47,796 bases of DNA from an uncultured Eubacteriales bacterium (GCA_900554225.1 USGH01000001.1:1-47796); one strand, 5' to 3'. Shown: positions 24,929-34,043, counted from the first letter of the stretch. The notes: generated from the letters alone by a model not told the origin. Made by a program: numbers and translations.

Positions 24929-25057
24929 GTGCGCGCTCCCTTCCGATCACGAAAAGCTGTACCGGGGGAAACGCATATCTGGTATGGAATGGACAATCCC
25001 GCGCGGCTGCGGTACGAAATATGGGTCGTCCGCATCGATGCGCGGTACAGGGGCGGT

Positions 25058-25651
25058 CTACTTTTCGGCGAAAAGGATCCCCATCTCCAGGCGCACCTCA
25101 TTCCGGACAATGTCGCGGTTGGAATAGCAGATCCGGTCAAAACCGATGAGGGATAATCCCTCGTGCCGATAGAAATCGACGGCGTTCACGTTGCAGGACT
25201 GCGTTTCCAAAATCAACGCACGGCATCCGGAGGTTTGCGCGCGTTCTTTGGCATGAGACAAGAGCGTATGTCCATAGCCGCGCTTATGATATGCAGGCGA
25301 TACCCACAGCTCCGTGACGCGCATCCGGTGCGACCATTCCTCCGCGCAGATCTCGATGGCTCCGATCAGCTCTCCCGCGTCCGAGAAGATTCCGTATGCC
25401 TCTGCCTTCTCCCAATACGGTTCGTAGAGCTTGTCCGGAAAATCGTACTCCTCCGTTGTGTGCGTGATTGGTGCGGCAAGGGCGGTTTTGTGGATGCCGA
25501 TCTGCCAGCCGTCCGCGGATTCTGTGAAATCCACCGCATAGCAGCCGTCTGTGGTGTATCCAATCGGCAGAATATATCCCGTATACTCCTCCGGCGGCAG
25601 ATATACTACCGCGCGTCCGTCCCTGGTGTATGCCGCTGCTTTATATTCCAT
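25058..25651 (-). CDS. GNAT family N-acetyltransferase (streptothricin-acetyltransferase-like architecture)
   Basis: VTELWVSPAYHKRGYGHTLLSHAKERAQTSGCRALILETQSCNVNAVDFYRHEGLSLIGFD contains the Q/RxxGxG/A acetyl-CoA motif. Start re-picked at MEYKAAAY with a GGAAGGGAG RBS. Sits 32 nt after the activase stop. Confidence 0.8.
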   Translation of the reverse strand: MEYKAAAYTRDGRAVVYLPPEEYTGYILPIGYTTDGCYAVDFTESADGWQIGIHKTALAAPITHTTEEYDFPDKLYEPYWEKAEAYGIFSDAGELIGAIEICAEEWSHRMRVTELWVSPAYHKRGYGHTLLSHAKERAQTSGCRALILETQSCNVNAVDFYRHEGLSLIGFDRICYSNRDIVRNEVRLEMGILFAEK

Positions 25652-25683
25652 ACAAATGCTCCCTTCCTGTTCCGCCAAAAGAA

Positions 25684-26466
25684 TCATAGACCATTTTCCG
25701 CCCCGCGCTCCAGGGGATAGGCGCGTCCAAGCTGTCGGTATTTTGCGCCGGCAAGCCGATTGTACGGGAGATATTCCACCTCTCCTGCCTTTGTCATGGC
25801 ACGGATGGCGGATACATTTTCCTCCGTGTCCGTGTATCCGGGAATGAGCGGTGTGCGCAGACGATACGGGATTCCGGACTGCCGCAGCCATGCGATATTC
25901 TCTAAAATGGGCGCGTTCGATACCCCCGTGTACCTGCGGTGCAGCGCATCGTCTGCCAGCTTGAGATCGCAGTAGATAAAATCGCAGCGCACGGCAATTT
26001 TTTGAAAAAGCTCCGGCGGCGCATATCCGGCAGTCTCTATGGCGCGATGGATCCCGTAGGCACCGAGACGATCGAGCAATTCTGCGGCAAAATCCGGCTG
26101 GGACAGCACTTCACCGCCGGAGAGTGTGACGCCGCCGCCGCTCATATTGTATAGCTCCTTGTCCCGCGCCAGCTTTTCTGCCAGCTTCTCTGCGTCCCAG
26201 CTCTCCCCGGCAACGCGCAAAAGCCCTTTTGGACAGGCGTGGAGACAGCGATGGTATGGCGCGCAATCCGCATGGGCGCAGGGGATACGGCACCTGTCAC
26301 AGTGGATGCAGCCGGATTTTTCCATCAGCTCGGGCTGCGGCGACTGTCCCTCCGGATTGTGACACCAGAGGCAGCGCATCGGGCAGCCCTTGAAAAAGAC
26401 CGTGGTCCGTACACCGCCGCCGTCATGAACCGCGAATTCCTTGATGTCGAAGAGGATTCCCTGCAT
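25684..26466 (-). CDS. Glycyl-radical enzyme activating protein (radical SAM)
   Basis: FFKGCPMRCLWCHNPE (CxxxCxxC), ferredoxin-like insert CIHCDRCRIPC ... CLHACP, and GGGVTLSGGE. The start sits 1 nt from the GRE stop. Confidence 0.9.
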   Translation of the reverse strand: MQGILFDIKEFAVHDGGGVRTTVFFKGCPMRCLWCHNPEGQSPQPELMEKSGCIHCDRCRIPCAHADCAPYHRCLHACPKGLLRVAGESWDAEKLAEKLARDKELYNMSGGGVTLSGGEVLSQPDFAAELLDRLGAYGIHRAIETAGYAPPELFQKIAVRCDFIYCDLKLADDALHRRYTGVSNAPILENIAWLRQSGIPYRLRTPLIPGYTDTEENVSAIRAMTKAGEVEYLPYNRLAGAKYRQLGRAYPLERGAENGL

Positions 26467-26467
26467 A

Positions 26468-28453
26468 TCAAAGGGCGTATTCGTGCCGTGCGATCACGTG
26501 ATTCTGATACGGCTTATCCAGCTCCACGAAATACGCGCTCCAGCCCCAGATCCGCCCGATGAGATGCGCGTATTTTTCCGGATGCGCCTGTGCGGCAAGG
26601 AGCGTTTCCCGGCTTACGGCATTGAGCTGCAGCTGATGACCGCCGCGCACGATATAGTACCGGATCAGTGCCGATAGCTTTTCCGCCGCGTCCTCCGCTG
26701 TAAATACGGATGCGTCAAATTCCAGTGTGAGCGGTCCGCCGTTGATGGTGCGCGTGAGATCGGGACCGGTGAAGCTGCGGATGACGGAAACAGGACCGCC
26801 CGTTTTCGCGAATAGGGAGGGGGAGTAGTTGGTCGCAAACGGTTCGCCGCGCCGTCTGCCGTCCGGGGATGCGCCAATTTCCGCAGCGTGCCACAGATAG
26901 TACATCGCCGAGCCGGTACCCGCGCGCCAGATCCCACCGCGGCAGTTTTTCCGTCCGGCAAGTGCAGCGGCAAAGGTGCCAAGTAAGAAATCCGCCCATT
27001 CCTCCGCGCTCTCTCCGTTTTCCGCCCCCATTTTCGGTGCCTCCACACGCAACAGCGGCAGGAGTTCCTCGTGCTTCGTGAAATCGCTGTCCACTGCTTC
27101 GCGGAGCGTTTGGGCAGAGCACCGCTTTTCGCAAAGAACGTACCGCTCCATAGCTGCCAGGGAATCCGCCGCCGTGGACAGCCCTGTGCCGTGGATGCCG
27201 AAATTGTTGTAGAGGGAGCCGCGGGAAATATCGCCGTCCGGGCAGTCGAAAAAGAGCGTGAGAAACGGAGCCGGGATGAACCACAGGTTGCGCACGGAGG
27301 AGGTGATCTCGTCGCAGCGGCACCCAATGGCAGAACGGACTGCCGATTGGAGCTCGGTTTTCGTCATGCCATCCCGGAAGGAGCCGTGGAGCACGGTGTC
27401 CACGATTTGCGGGAAGGAGAGCGCGGCAATGTTCGCAACGTCGCAGCCCTTCCCCGGCACGATGAACTCCCAGCAGGCCGCCACGCCATAGTTCACCGCA
27501 TCCTCATACCGATAGCCGAGCCGCGTGAGTCCCGGGATCACAACATCGTCGTTGGAGTACTGCGGGAATCCCATCCCGCGTGCGGTCAGTCGGCTGCCGG
27601 CGATGTACTGCTCCATCGGCGTATTCTTCGAGACACGCATATTGATTTTCGGATCGATCAGGAGATTCTCGCCGGATGCGCGCAGACAAAGCTCCGAAAA
27701 AGGGGAGAATACGTCCGCGCCGTTTTCATCGATCCCGCCAAGAACCATGGACTGCCCGTTGTCGCCCTGCTGTACGCCCGGATACATATCGGAATCCACG
27801 TTGAAGGACAGGAAGAAATCGCGCAGCAGGGACAGCAGCTCCTCATCGGTGTATCGATCCCTGTCTGCCTCGTAATACGGACGCATATACTTGTCAAACC
27901 GCCCGCACGTGACGTGATAAGTCCCCTCCAGCCAGATCGCGTAGTGGAGGATCCGGAAAAACTGGAGTGCTTCGCGCAGATTGCGTGCCGGATAGCGTGG
28001 AATCTGCATGAGGATTTCCGCCACGTCGTCCCTGCCCACGCGCACCGCCTCATCCCGGTACCGATCGGATAGCCGGAGCAGCGCGTCGATCTCCCGTCTG
28101 CCGTATTCGTTTGCTTCCTCCCGCACGGAAAGCAGCCCGCGCGAAAGGATCCGGGCATAATCCGGCGTGACGTTGGACATATAGCCAAGCTCGTGGATGA
28201 AATGCGTACCGGAGATCTCCGCCCATTCCGTCTCCGTGAAAAGAGGGGGCGCGTTGGCGGTCGTGCGCATAAAGACGATCTGCTGCCCGGGCAGGATGTG
28301 GGGAACCTGACGATCACAGAGAAGCGTGAACCGCTGTGTGATCCGCTCGATGGGGGACAGCCCCTCGCTTGCGTACAATGTCGCCAGATCGTCCGTTACA
28401 GCTGTACGATATGCCTTGTGCGCGCCGGACAGGATGTAATCGTAATACACCAT
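26468..28453 (-). CDS. Glycyl-radical enzyme, PFL2/dehydratase-like but unusually short (about 661 aa); substrate unknown
   Basis: C-terminal glycyl-radical signature HLIGRIWGWSAYFVELDKPYQNHVIARHEYAL (Gly codon 26543..26545). Cys loop NYGVAACWEFIVPGKG (Cys-x-Glu type). Start re-picked at MVYYDY (AGGAAG RBS); the track's upstream ATG lies inside the predicted -10 box. Confidence 0.85.
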   Translation of the reverse strand: MVYYDYILSGAHKAYRTAVTDDLATLYASEGLSPIERITQRFTLLCDRQVPHILPGQQIVFMRTTANAPPLFTETEWAEISGTHFIHELGYMSNVTPDYARILSRGLLSVREEANEYGRREIDALLRLSDRYRDEAVRVGRDDVAEILMQIPRYPARNLREALQFFRILHYAIWLEGTYHVTCGRFDKYMRPYYEADRDRYTDEELLSLLRDFFLSFNVDSDMYPGVQQGDNGQSMVLGGIDENGADVFSPFSELCLRASGENLLIDPKINMRVSKNTPMEQYIAGSRLTARGMGFPQYSNDDVVIPGLTRLGYRYEDAVNYGVAACWEFIVPGKGCDVANIAALSFPQIVDTVLHGSFRDGMTKTELQSAVRSAIGCRCDEITSSVRNLWFIPAPFLTLFFDCPDGDISRGSLYNNFGIHGTGLSTAADSLAAMERYVLCEKRCSAQTLREAVDSDFTKHEELLPLLRVEAPKMGAENGESAEEWADFLLGTFAAALAGRKNCRGGIWRAGTGSAMYYLWHAAEIGASPDGRRRGEPFATNYSPSLFAKTGGPVSVIRSFTGPDLTRTINGGPLTLEFDASVFTAEDAAEKLSALIRYYIVRGGHQLQLNAVSRETLLAAQAHPEKYAHLIGRIWGWSAYFVELDKPYQNHVIARHEYAL

Positions 28454-28483
28454 GGCAGCTTCCTTTCGTATCCGTATAATGGA

Positions 28484-28512
28484 TGTATACATTCAGAAAG
28501 ACTCTGATTCAA
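28484..28512 (-). promoter_or_regulatory. Sigma-A-type promoter (TTGAAT-17-TATACA) for the GRE cassette
   Basis: Minus strand: TTGAATcagagtctttctgaatgTATACA, about 30 nt upstream of the chosen GRE start. Confidence 0.5.
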
Positions 28513-28553
28513 GAGTGTTTTTGCGCAAAAAAAGCGTTCTATACGGCGCATCC

Positions 28554-29237
28554 TCAGCTTTGCAGATCCTTCTCGAACCGATGGATCGCTTCTGTTTTGC
28601 CGATCACGGTCAGCGAATCTGCGGCGGACAGTACCGTTGTCGGCAGGATCTCCGTCGTCAGTCTGCCGTTCTGCTTCACGGCAATGATATTGAGCCCGAA
28701 CCGCTTGCGCATGTCCAATTCCTGCACCGTTTTCCCGGCGACCTTGTCCGTCAGCGCGATTTCCATAAAGTCGAACTCCGGCGAGAGGGAAATGTATTCG
28801 AGAATGTGCGGGGAGGGCAGCCGATGCGCCAGACGGATTGCCATGTCCTTCTCCGGATAGACCACCTCCGCGCCAAGTGTCGTCAATACCTCGCCCTGCT
28901 CCTCGCTGCGCGCCTTTGCGATCACCCGCCCGACGCCGAGACGCAGTACCGTCAGTGTGGTCAGAATGCTCGTGTCGATCTGCTCTCCGATGGCAACCAC
29001 CACGATGTCGCAGTCCGCGATTCCCACCGTCTCCAGATTCTCGCGCGTCAGATTGTCGATGCAGAACGCGTTGTCCGTGAATGCCGCCGCCGCGTTGATC
29101 TTGTCCTGCTCCCGGTCGATGACAAGGATCTCCTTGCCCGATTCCGCAAGGGACTGTGCCAGAGCGAATCCAAACCGCCCAAGCCCGATGATGCCATATA
29201 AGGTTTCTTTATTCTTTGTATTCTGTTTCCTTGCCAT
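28554..29237 (-). CDS. ktrA: TrkA-family K+ uptake regulatory subunit (KtrA-type, RCK domain)
   Basis: YGIIGLGRFGFALAQSLAESGKEILVIDRE (Rossmann GxGxxG) plus a C-terminal RCK_C region. 227 aa. Confidence 0.85.
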   Translation of the reverse strand: MARKQNTKNKETLYGIIGLGRFGFALAQSLAESGKEILVIDREQDKINAAAAFTDNAFCIDNLTRENLETVGIADCDIVVVAIGEQIDTSILTTLTVLRLGVGRVIAKARSEEQGEVLTTLGAEVVYPEKDMAIRLAHRLPSPHILEYISLSPEFDFMEIALTDKVAGKTVQELDMRKRFGLNIIAVKQNGRLTTEILPTTVLSAADSLTVIGKTEAIHRFEKDLQS

Positions 29238-29317
29238 ATTGATACTCCTGCAATCCTGATAAAGACACTGCTGTAAGGTTGATTTTGCGCGATAAACCCA
29301 TTATGCGTTCTCCTGCC

Positions 29318-30634
29318 TTAGCCGATGGACAGATTTTCCTCCGGCAAAGAGATGCCCGTGTCAGGCTCACGAACCCACATGGAGGCAACGGTGAGCGGAC
29401 CGAGACGACCGACATACATCGTGAGAATGATGAGAAGGCGGGAGGCGACCGAGAGAGAGGGTGTGATCCCGACGGTGAGTCCGACCGTGCCGAGGGCGGA
29501 TACCACCTCAAACAGGACCGCCGAGAGGGAGAAGGACGGCTCGATGTGGCAGATCAGCGCGGTGATGACAATGACGAATAGCAGGCCGAGCGAAATGATC
29601 GTCGTCGCCTTGTGGAGGGACTCGTTCGGGATCCGGCGGCGGAAGGCTTCGGGCGGACGATTCGTGGAGGACGTGAACAGGGAGCGGAGGAATACAAAGA
29701 ACGTCGTCGTCTTCATACCACCGCCTGTCGAGCCGGGGGACGCGCCGATGAACATCAGCACCATCATGATAAGCAGCCCCGCTTCGCTGAAATTGCCAAA
29801 CGAGAATGTCGCGAATCCGGCTGTCCGCGCCGTCATGCTGGAGAAAAACGCACCCAGCCACGTAATGTTCCTGCCCTCCGACAGTTTCAGCAGTACCGTC
29901 CCTGAGGCGAGCAGGATTCCCGTCATGGACAGTACCACCTTCGTCTGGAGCGAGCATTTTCTCCATTTCCGTACCCGCGCCACCTCCGTGATGACGAAAA
30001 ATCCGATGCCGCCCACAATCACAAGGGCAGCCGTGACCAGATTCAGCGCGACGTCCCCGGCATACGGGAGCATGCTTGTGCCCCGGCCGAAAATATCCAT
30101 GCCCGCGTTGTTGAAGGCAGCGATCGCGTGGAACACAGAGATCCCGATCGCTTTCGAAAGCGGATATTCGCGCAGAAACAGCGGCAGACAGAGAAGCGCG
30201 CCGATAAGCTCAATGGAGAACGTGAGGATCAGCACCCACCGGATCAGCTTCATCACGTCCTTGAACGACGGATAGTTGAGTGCCTCTTTGATGAGTACAC
30301 GCTCCCGGAAATTGACCCGCTGTCCGGCAAGAGCAATGATCCCCACGCCGAGGGAGGTGATGCCCAGACCACCGATCTGGATGAGACACGCGATCACGAC
30401 CTGCCCGAATACCGTGTACGTGGAGCCGAGATCGACGGTCAGGAGACCCGTGATGCAGACCGCACTTGTGGCGGTGAAGAGATTGTCCGTGAACGTCGTC
30501 GGTATATCCGGTCTGTGCGCGATCGGCAGGGAAAGAAGAAGCGTACCCATTGCGATAACAAGGGCAAATCCGATGGCGATGATCTGCGTGGGGGTGAGGG
30601 CATATTTGGAATGCGAACGAGGTCTGCGTGTCAT
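29318..30634 (-). CDS. ktrB: TrkH/KtrB-family K+ uptake membrane subunit
   Basis: Multi-TM with repeated pore-loop glycines (TATSAVCITGL, IQIGGLGI, FNNAGMD, TARTAGF). Start re-picked at MTRRPRS, which overlaps the mutY stop (ATGA). Confidence 0.85.
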   Translation of the reverse strand: MTRRPRSHSKYALTPTQIIAIGFALVIAMGTLLLSLPIAHRPDIPTTFTDNLFTATSAVCITGLLTVDLGSTYTVFGQVVIACLIQIGGLGITSLGVGIIALAGQRVNFRERVLIKEALNYPSFKDVMKLIRWVLILTFSIELIGALLCLPLFLREYPLSKAIGISVFHAIAAFNNAGMDIFGRGTSMLPYAGDVALNLVTAALVIVGGIGFFVITEVARVRKWRKCSLQTKVVLSMTGILLASGTVLLKLSEGRNITWLGAFFSSMTARTAGFATFSFGNFSEAGLLIMMVLMFIGASPGSTGGGMKTTTFFVFLRSLFTSSTNRPPEAFRRRIPNESLHKATTIISLGLLFVIVITALICHIEPSFSLSAVLFEVVSALGTVGLTVGITPSLSVASRLLIILTMYVGRLGPLTVASMWVREPDTGISLPEENLSIG

Positions 30635-31677
30635 AGGCTTGCCTTTCCGTAAAGATACTCTCGATAGACGCGGTACGCCGACGGAATCGCGAACGGTGTG
30701 CAGTCGGATACCCATACGAGATTTTCCGGCAGCGGTTTTACATCATTTGCGTCAAAGGCGTAGCCGCGCAGATGCCACTCGACGTGCGTGAAGAGGTGGC
30801 GTGCGTCCGGCAAAGGCACAGTATATGTGGCTTCGATCCCGATTGCGGCAAGGCGTGCAGCGATTTCCTCCGGCGAAAGATGCCGATCCGCGCATACGGC
30901 AAACGGCTGCCACAGCCCCGCAAGGAGTCCGGATTCCGAACGCTTTTCAAGAAGATAGCCGCGCGCCGACCGCACGAGTGCCACGGTAACGCACTGTATG
31001 GAACGCGCCTTCTTGGGCGCCTTGCATGGCAGTACAGCGGCATGACCGGCAGCGTGACCCAGGCACAGATCGGCGAGCGGACAGTGGCTGCAATCGGGGG
31101 ATTTCGGGGTACAGACGAGCGCGCCCAGCTCCATGAGTGCCTGATTGAAGTTGCCCGCGTCGGATGGGGGGAGCGTTTCGGTGACGCGTGCGGTGAAACG
31201 GGCCTTGGTATCGGGCTCGGAGATGTCGCCGTTGTCGTCGTACAGCCTTGAAAAGACGCGCAGCACGTTTCCGTCCACGGCAGGCACGGGGATCCCGAAG
31301 CTGATGGACGCAATGGCTCCCGCGGTGTACGGACCGATTCCGGGCAGAGTGCGCAGCAGGTCGTAATCGGCAGGCAGCTCTCCGCCATAATCCCGGCAGA
31401 CGATCTGTGCCGCCTTTTGCAGATTGATGGCGCGGCTATAGTATCCGAGTCCCTGCCAGATCCGCCGCAATTCGTCGATCGGAACGGCGGCAAGGGCGGG
31501 AATATCGGGCAGAGCAGCCATGAAACGCTCATAATACGGCAGCACGGCGTTCATCCGGGTCTGTTGGAGCATGATCTCGCTGACCCAGACATGATACGGC
31601 GTCGGATCCTCCCGAAACGGCAGAGAACGACGATTGAGCTGGAACCAACCGACAAGCGGCGGGGCGATAGGAAGCAT
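30631..31677 (-). CDS. mutY: A/G-specific adenine DNA glycosylase MutY
   Basis: LPFREDPTPYHVWVSEIMLQQTRMNAV ... GLGYYSRAINL ... LPGIGPYTAGAI ... FeS loop CTPKSPDCSHCPLADLC, plus a NUDIX-like C-terminal domain. Confidence 0.9.
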   Translation of the reverse strand: MLPIAPPLVGWFQLNRRSLPFREDPTPYHVWVSEIMLQQTRMNAVLPYYERFMAALPDIPALAAVPIDELRRIWQGLGYYSRAINLQKAAQIVCRDYGGELPADYDLLRTLPGIGPYTAGAIASISFGIPVPAVDGNVLRVFSRLYDDNGDISEPDTKARFTARVTETLPPSDAGNFNQALMELGALVCTPKSPDCSHCPLADLCLGHAAGHAAVLPCKAPKKARSIQCVTVALVRSARGYLLEKRSESGLLAGLWQPFAVCADRHLSPEEIAARLAAIGIEATYTVPLPDARHLFTHVEWHLRGYAFDANDVKPLPENLVWVSDCTPFAIPSAYRVYREYLYGKASL

Positions 31678-31734
31678 AGTTACACCTCATAAAAACGGGG
31701 ATACGTGTGAAAGACCGCCATCCGCATCCAACCC

Positions 31735-32934
31735 TCAATAATGGAATTCCTCCTCCATTTCATCAAGGGTAGCGAAGGAGTATCCTTGCGCGATACAGCA
31801 GCGGAGGATGTAGGGCAAAAGCTCCACGGTATAGCTCTGGCTGTCGTGCATGAGGATGACCTTGGTGTTGGCGGAGGCTGCCCAGGTTTCGTCGAAGGTT
31901 TCTTTCAGATAGGTGAGAATCGGCATACCGTCGGGACACTGGAAAAGCAGTCCGTCGTTGGTGAGGACGTTCCAGTCGTAGATGGAGTAGCCTCTCCCGT
32001 GGAGCATATCGAACATGGCCTGTCTGGTCGCGGTATCGAAATATCTGCCCTTGGAGCCGCCCGGAAAGCGGAAAGCGGGGAAGCTTCTGACGCCATCCCA
32101 TGCACCGGCATTCTGGACAGCGGTTTCCCACAGCGCGAGATCGTTTTCCAGCGCGGCGGTGGAGGCGTAGATCGTGTCGTAGTCGTGGGAATAGCCGTGG
32201 CTTGCGAGGATACTGCCCCATTTCTGGATATTCCGGGCTTGGGCGGGATGGGCATCTATATTTTTGCCGAGGGTGAAAAAGGTCGCGCGGGCACCATAGC
32301 GGGCAAGGATTTGCAGAATCTCGTCGGTATACGCGCTCGGTCCGTCGTCGAAGGTGATGTAGATCTTCGTGTCGGTATCGCTCTCCGCCGTCGGCTTCTG
32401 ACCGCTGACATGGAGCGTGACCGGAACATCCGGATTGCACCACAGACCATCGGAGACAGGATCGGTGTTGTCGACCGTGGAAAAGCCGGCATAGGTGACG
32501 GACTGCACATAGCCTGCGGGGACACTTGCGTAGACCTCCTCAACGGTATAGGAAACGCCCGCTGCGGTCAGGATCGATTCCGCGTTCTGCAGCGTGTCAA
32601 AGATCCCGTAGGACAGACGGACATAGCCGTCGGTGGTACCCGTGCAACCGAGACTGCTCGCATCGGAAACGACGGCGCGGTACTCGTCGGACAGCGGATC
32701 GGCAGGACCCTCGCGATGGGGAAAACGGGTCAGCATAGGGGTGTCGGAGACGGCAGGTGCGAGAAGAACAGGGGTCTCCGACGGGGTATCGTGACCGGGC
32801 TTGTCCAGAAATACAAAATCCTGGAAGACATACACACAGACGCCGTAGACGATGAGAAGTGTGCATAAAAAAGTCAGCGCGGCAGCCCGGATGGAAAACC
32901 ACTTCCGGATGCGCCGTTTGGCTGTGTTTTTCAA
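31735..32934 (-). CDS. Polysaccharide deacetylase (CE4/NodB) family protein with N-terminal TM anchor
   Basis: NodB motifs IYITFDDGPS, ASHGYSHDY, FRFPGG. The start is uncertain: I favour the TTG at 32934 (AAAGGAG RBS 8 nt upstream) over the track's ATG at 32991. Confidence 0.8.
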   Translation of the reverse strand: MKNTAKRRIRKWFSIRAAALTFLCTLLIVYGVCVYVFQDFVFLDKPGHDTPSETPVLLAPAVSDTPMLTRFPHREGPADPLSDEYRAVVSDASSLGCTGTTDGYVRLSYGIFDTLQNAESILTAAGVSYTVEEVYASVPAGYVQSVTYAGFSTVDNTDPVSDGLWCNPDVPVTLHVSGQKPTAESDTDTKIYITFDDGPSAYTDEILQILARYGARATFFTLGKNIDAHPAQARNIQKWGSILASHGYSHDYDTIYASTAALENDLALWETAVQNAGAWDGVRSFPAFRFPGGSKGRYFDTATRQAMFDMLHGRGYSIYDWNVLTNDGLLFQCPDGMPILTYLKETFDETWAASANTKVILMHDSQSYTVELLPYILRCCIAQGYSFATLDEMEEEFHY

Positions 32935-33235
32935 GGGAATTTCTCCTTTGCATAGGAGGATCGCGGTCGCCCTTTGTGGACAACCATACATCTACATTAT
33001 AGCAGTTATCGACGGATTATGCAAGAGCCGAAAACGGACGCGGGGCGGAAAAACGTAAATTTTCTGTGATGCCTCGCGTCCGCGGGCGGGGAGAGGCGGA
33101 GGGAGAGCGGCAGCTATGTAAATTTTTTGGAAATTGCCCGTTTGGTCTTGTATTTTGCGGATGGCTATGGTATGATATGGTTGTCGGAATTTGTTGCCGA
33201 TACCACATATTTCCACAATAAAGGGAGGTTTCTGT

Positions 33236-33862
33236 ATGAAGAAATTCACAAAAGTGCTCTGTGCGGTCGGTCTTTGCGCGGCGATGGTGCTGCCGACATC
33301 CGCTGCATACACGCCCAAACGCTACGATCCCATGGCAGACATGAAGAACGCCGCTGTCAATTCGGTGGAAATGGTTTCTCTGCCGGAATTTCGCAATCTC
33401 AGCCGGATGGCGGTAAAGAGCAGCACTGCCACTCCTGAAGCGGATACCGGCGCATTGTTCGACATTCTGCCGGATACTGCCGCGACCCTCGCAAGAGACG
33501 AGAACGGCAAGGCCACCATTTCCTTTGCGGGCGAAGAGGCATACATCCTGCAAAAGCTCGTATTCGACAAGATCGACACCGCGTATACGCTGAAGGTGTA
33601 CGGCTCCATGGATTCTGCGGAATGGGTAGAGCTGGCTGTTGCGGCGGAGGAATACGATTCCGAACAGTATGCGGTATATGGCGTGACAAACAAGACCGAG
33701 TACTTCTACTATCGCATAGAGCTGACTGCGGAGGAAGATCTCACGCTCGATACCATCCTGCCGTATGGCAAGGTTGTCAAGCCGCACGATCTGTACTGGG
33801 GCATTTTCACCGGCGGCAGACGTCCGCATCAGCCGGAAACGGATCGTCCGGATTGTAATTGA
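33236..33862 (+). CDS. Secreted hypothetical protein (possible galactose-binding/discoidin-like beta-sandwich)
   Basis: Signal peptide MKKFTKVLCAVGLCAAMVLPTSAA|YT and an AGGGAGG RBS. No confident family; the fold guess is weak. Confidence 0.55.
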   Translation: MKKFTKVLCAVGLCAAMVLPTSAAYTPKRYDPMADMKNAAVNSVEMVSLPEFRNLSRMAVKSSTATPEADTGALFDILPDTAATLARDENGKATISFAGEEAYILQKLVFDKIDTAYTLKVYGSMDSAEWVELAVAAEEYDSEQYAVYGVTNKTEYFYYRIELTAEEDLTLDTILPYGKVVKPHDLYWGIFTGGRRPHQPETDRPDCN

Positions 33863-33890
33863 CGGATACGACCGAACAACCGAATATCCC

Positions 33891-33926
33891 AAAAAGGCGA
33901 TCCTCCATGACGGGGGATCGCTTTTT
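33891..33926 (+). terminator. Intrinsic terminator after the secreted-protein gene
   Basis: aaaaagGCGATCC-(11 nt)-GGATCGCttttt. Confidence 0.65.
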
Positions 33927-33974
33927 GCGTGAAGCCATCCGCGATTCGGCTGCATGGTTCCCGATATGCGGACA

Positions 33975-34006
33975 GAAAAAGGACCCATCCCGCGGGACAG
34001 GTCCTT
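33975..34006 (-). terminator. Intrinsic terminator after the CBM9-like gene
   Basis: Minus strand: AGGACC-(14 nt)-GGTCCT followed by TTTTTCTG. Confidence 0.6.
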
Positions 34007-34043
34007 ATGTCTTTGTCTATGCGGCTATGTTAGCCCTTCCGAC

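Noticed and set aside
33045-33090. 11-bp inverted repeat GGACGCGGGGC...GCCTCGCGTCC with a 24-nt loop, upstream of the deacetylase gene.
   Set aside because: It is an isolated hairpin in a divergent intergenic region, with no U-run, no recognisable motif and no repeat copies elsewhere in the window. It is not enough to call a feature.
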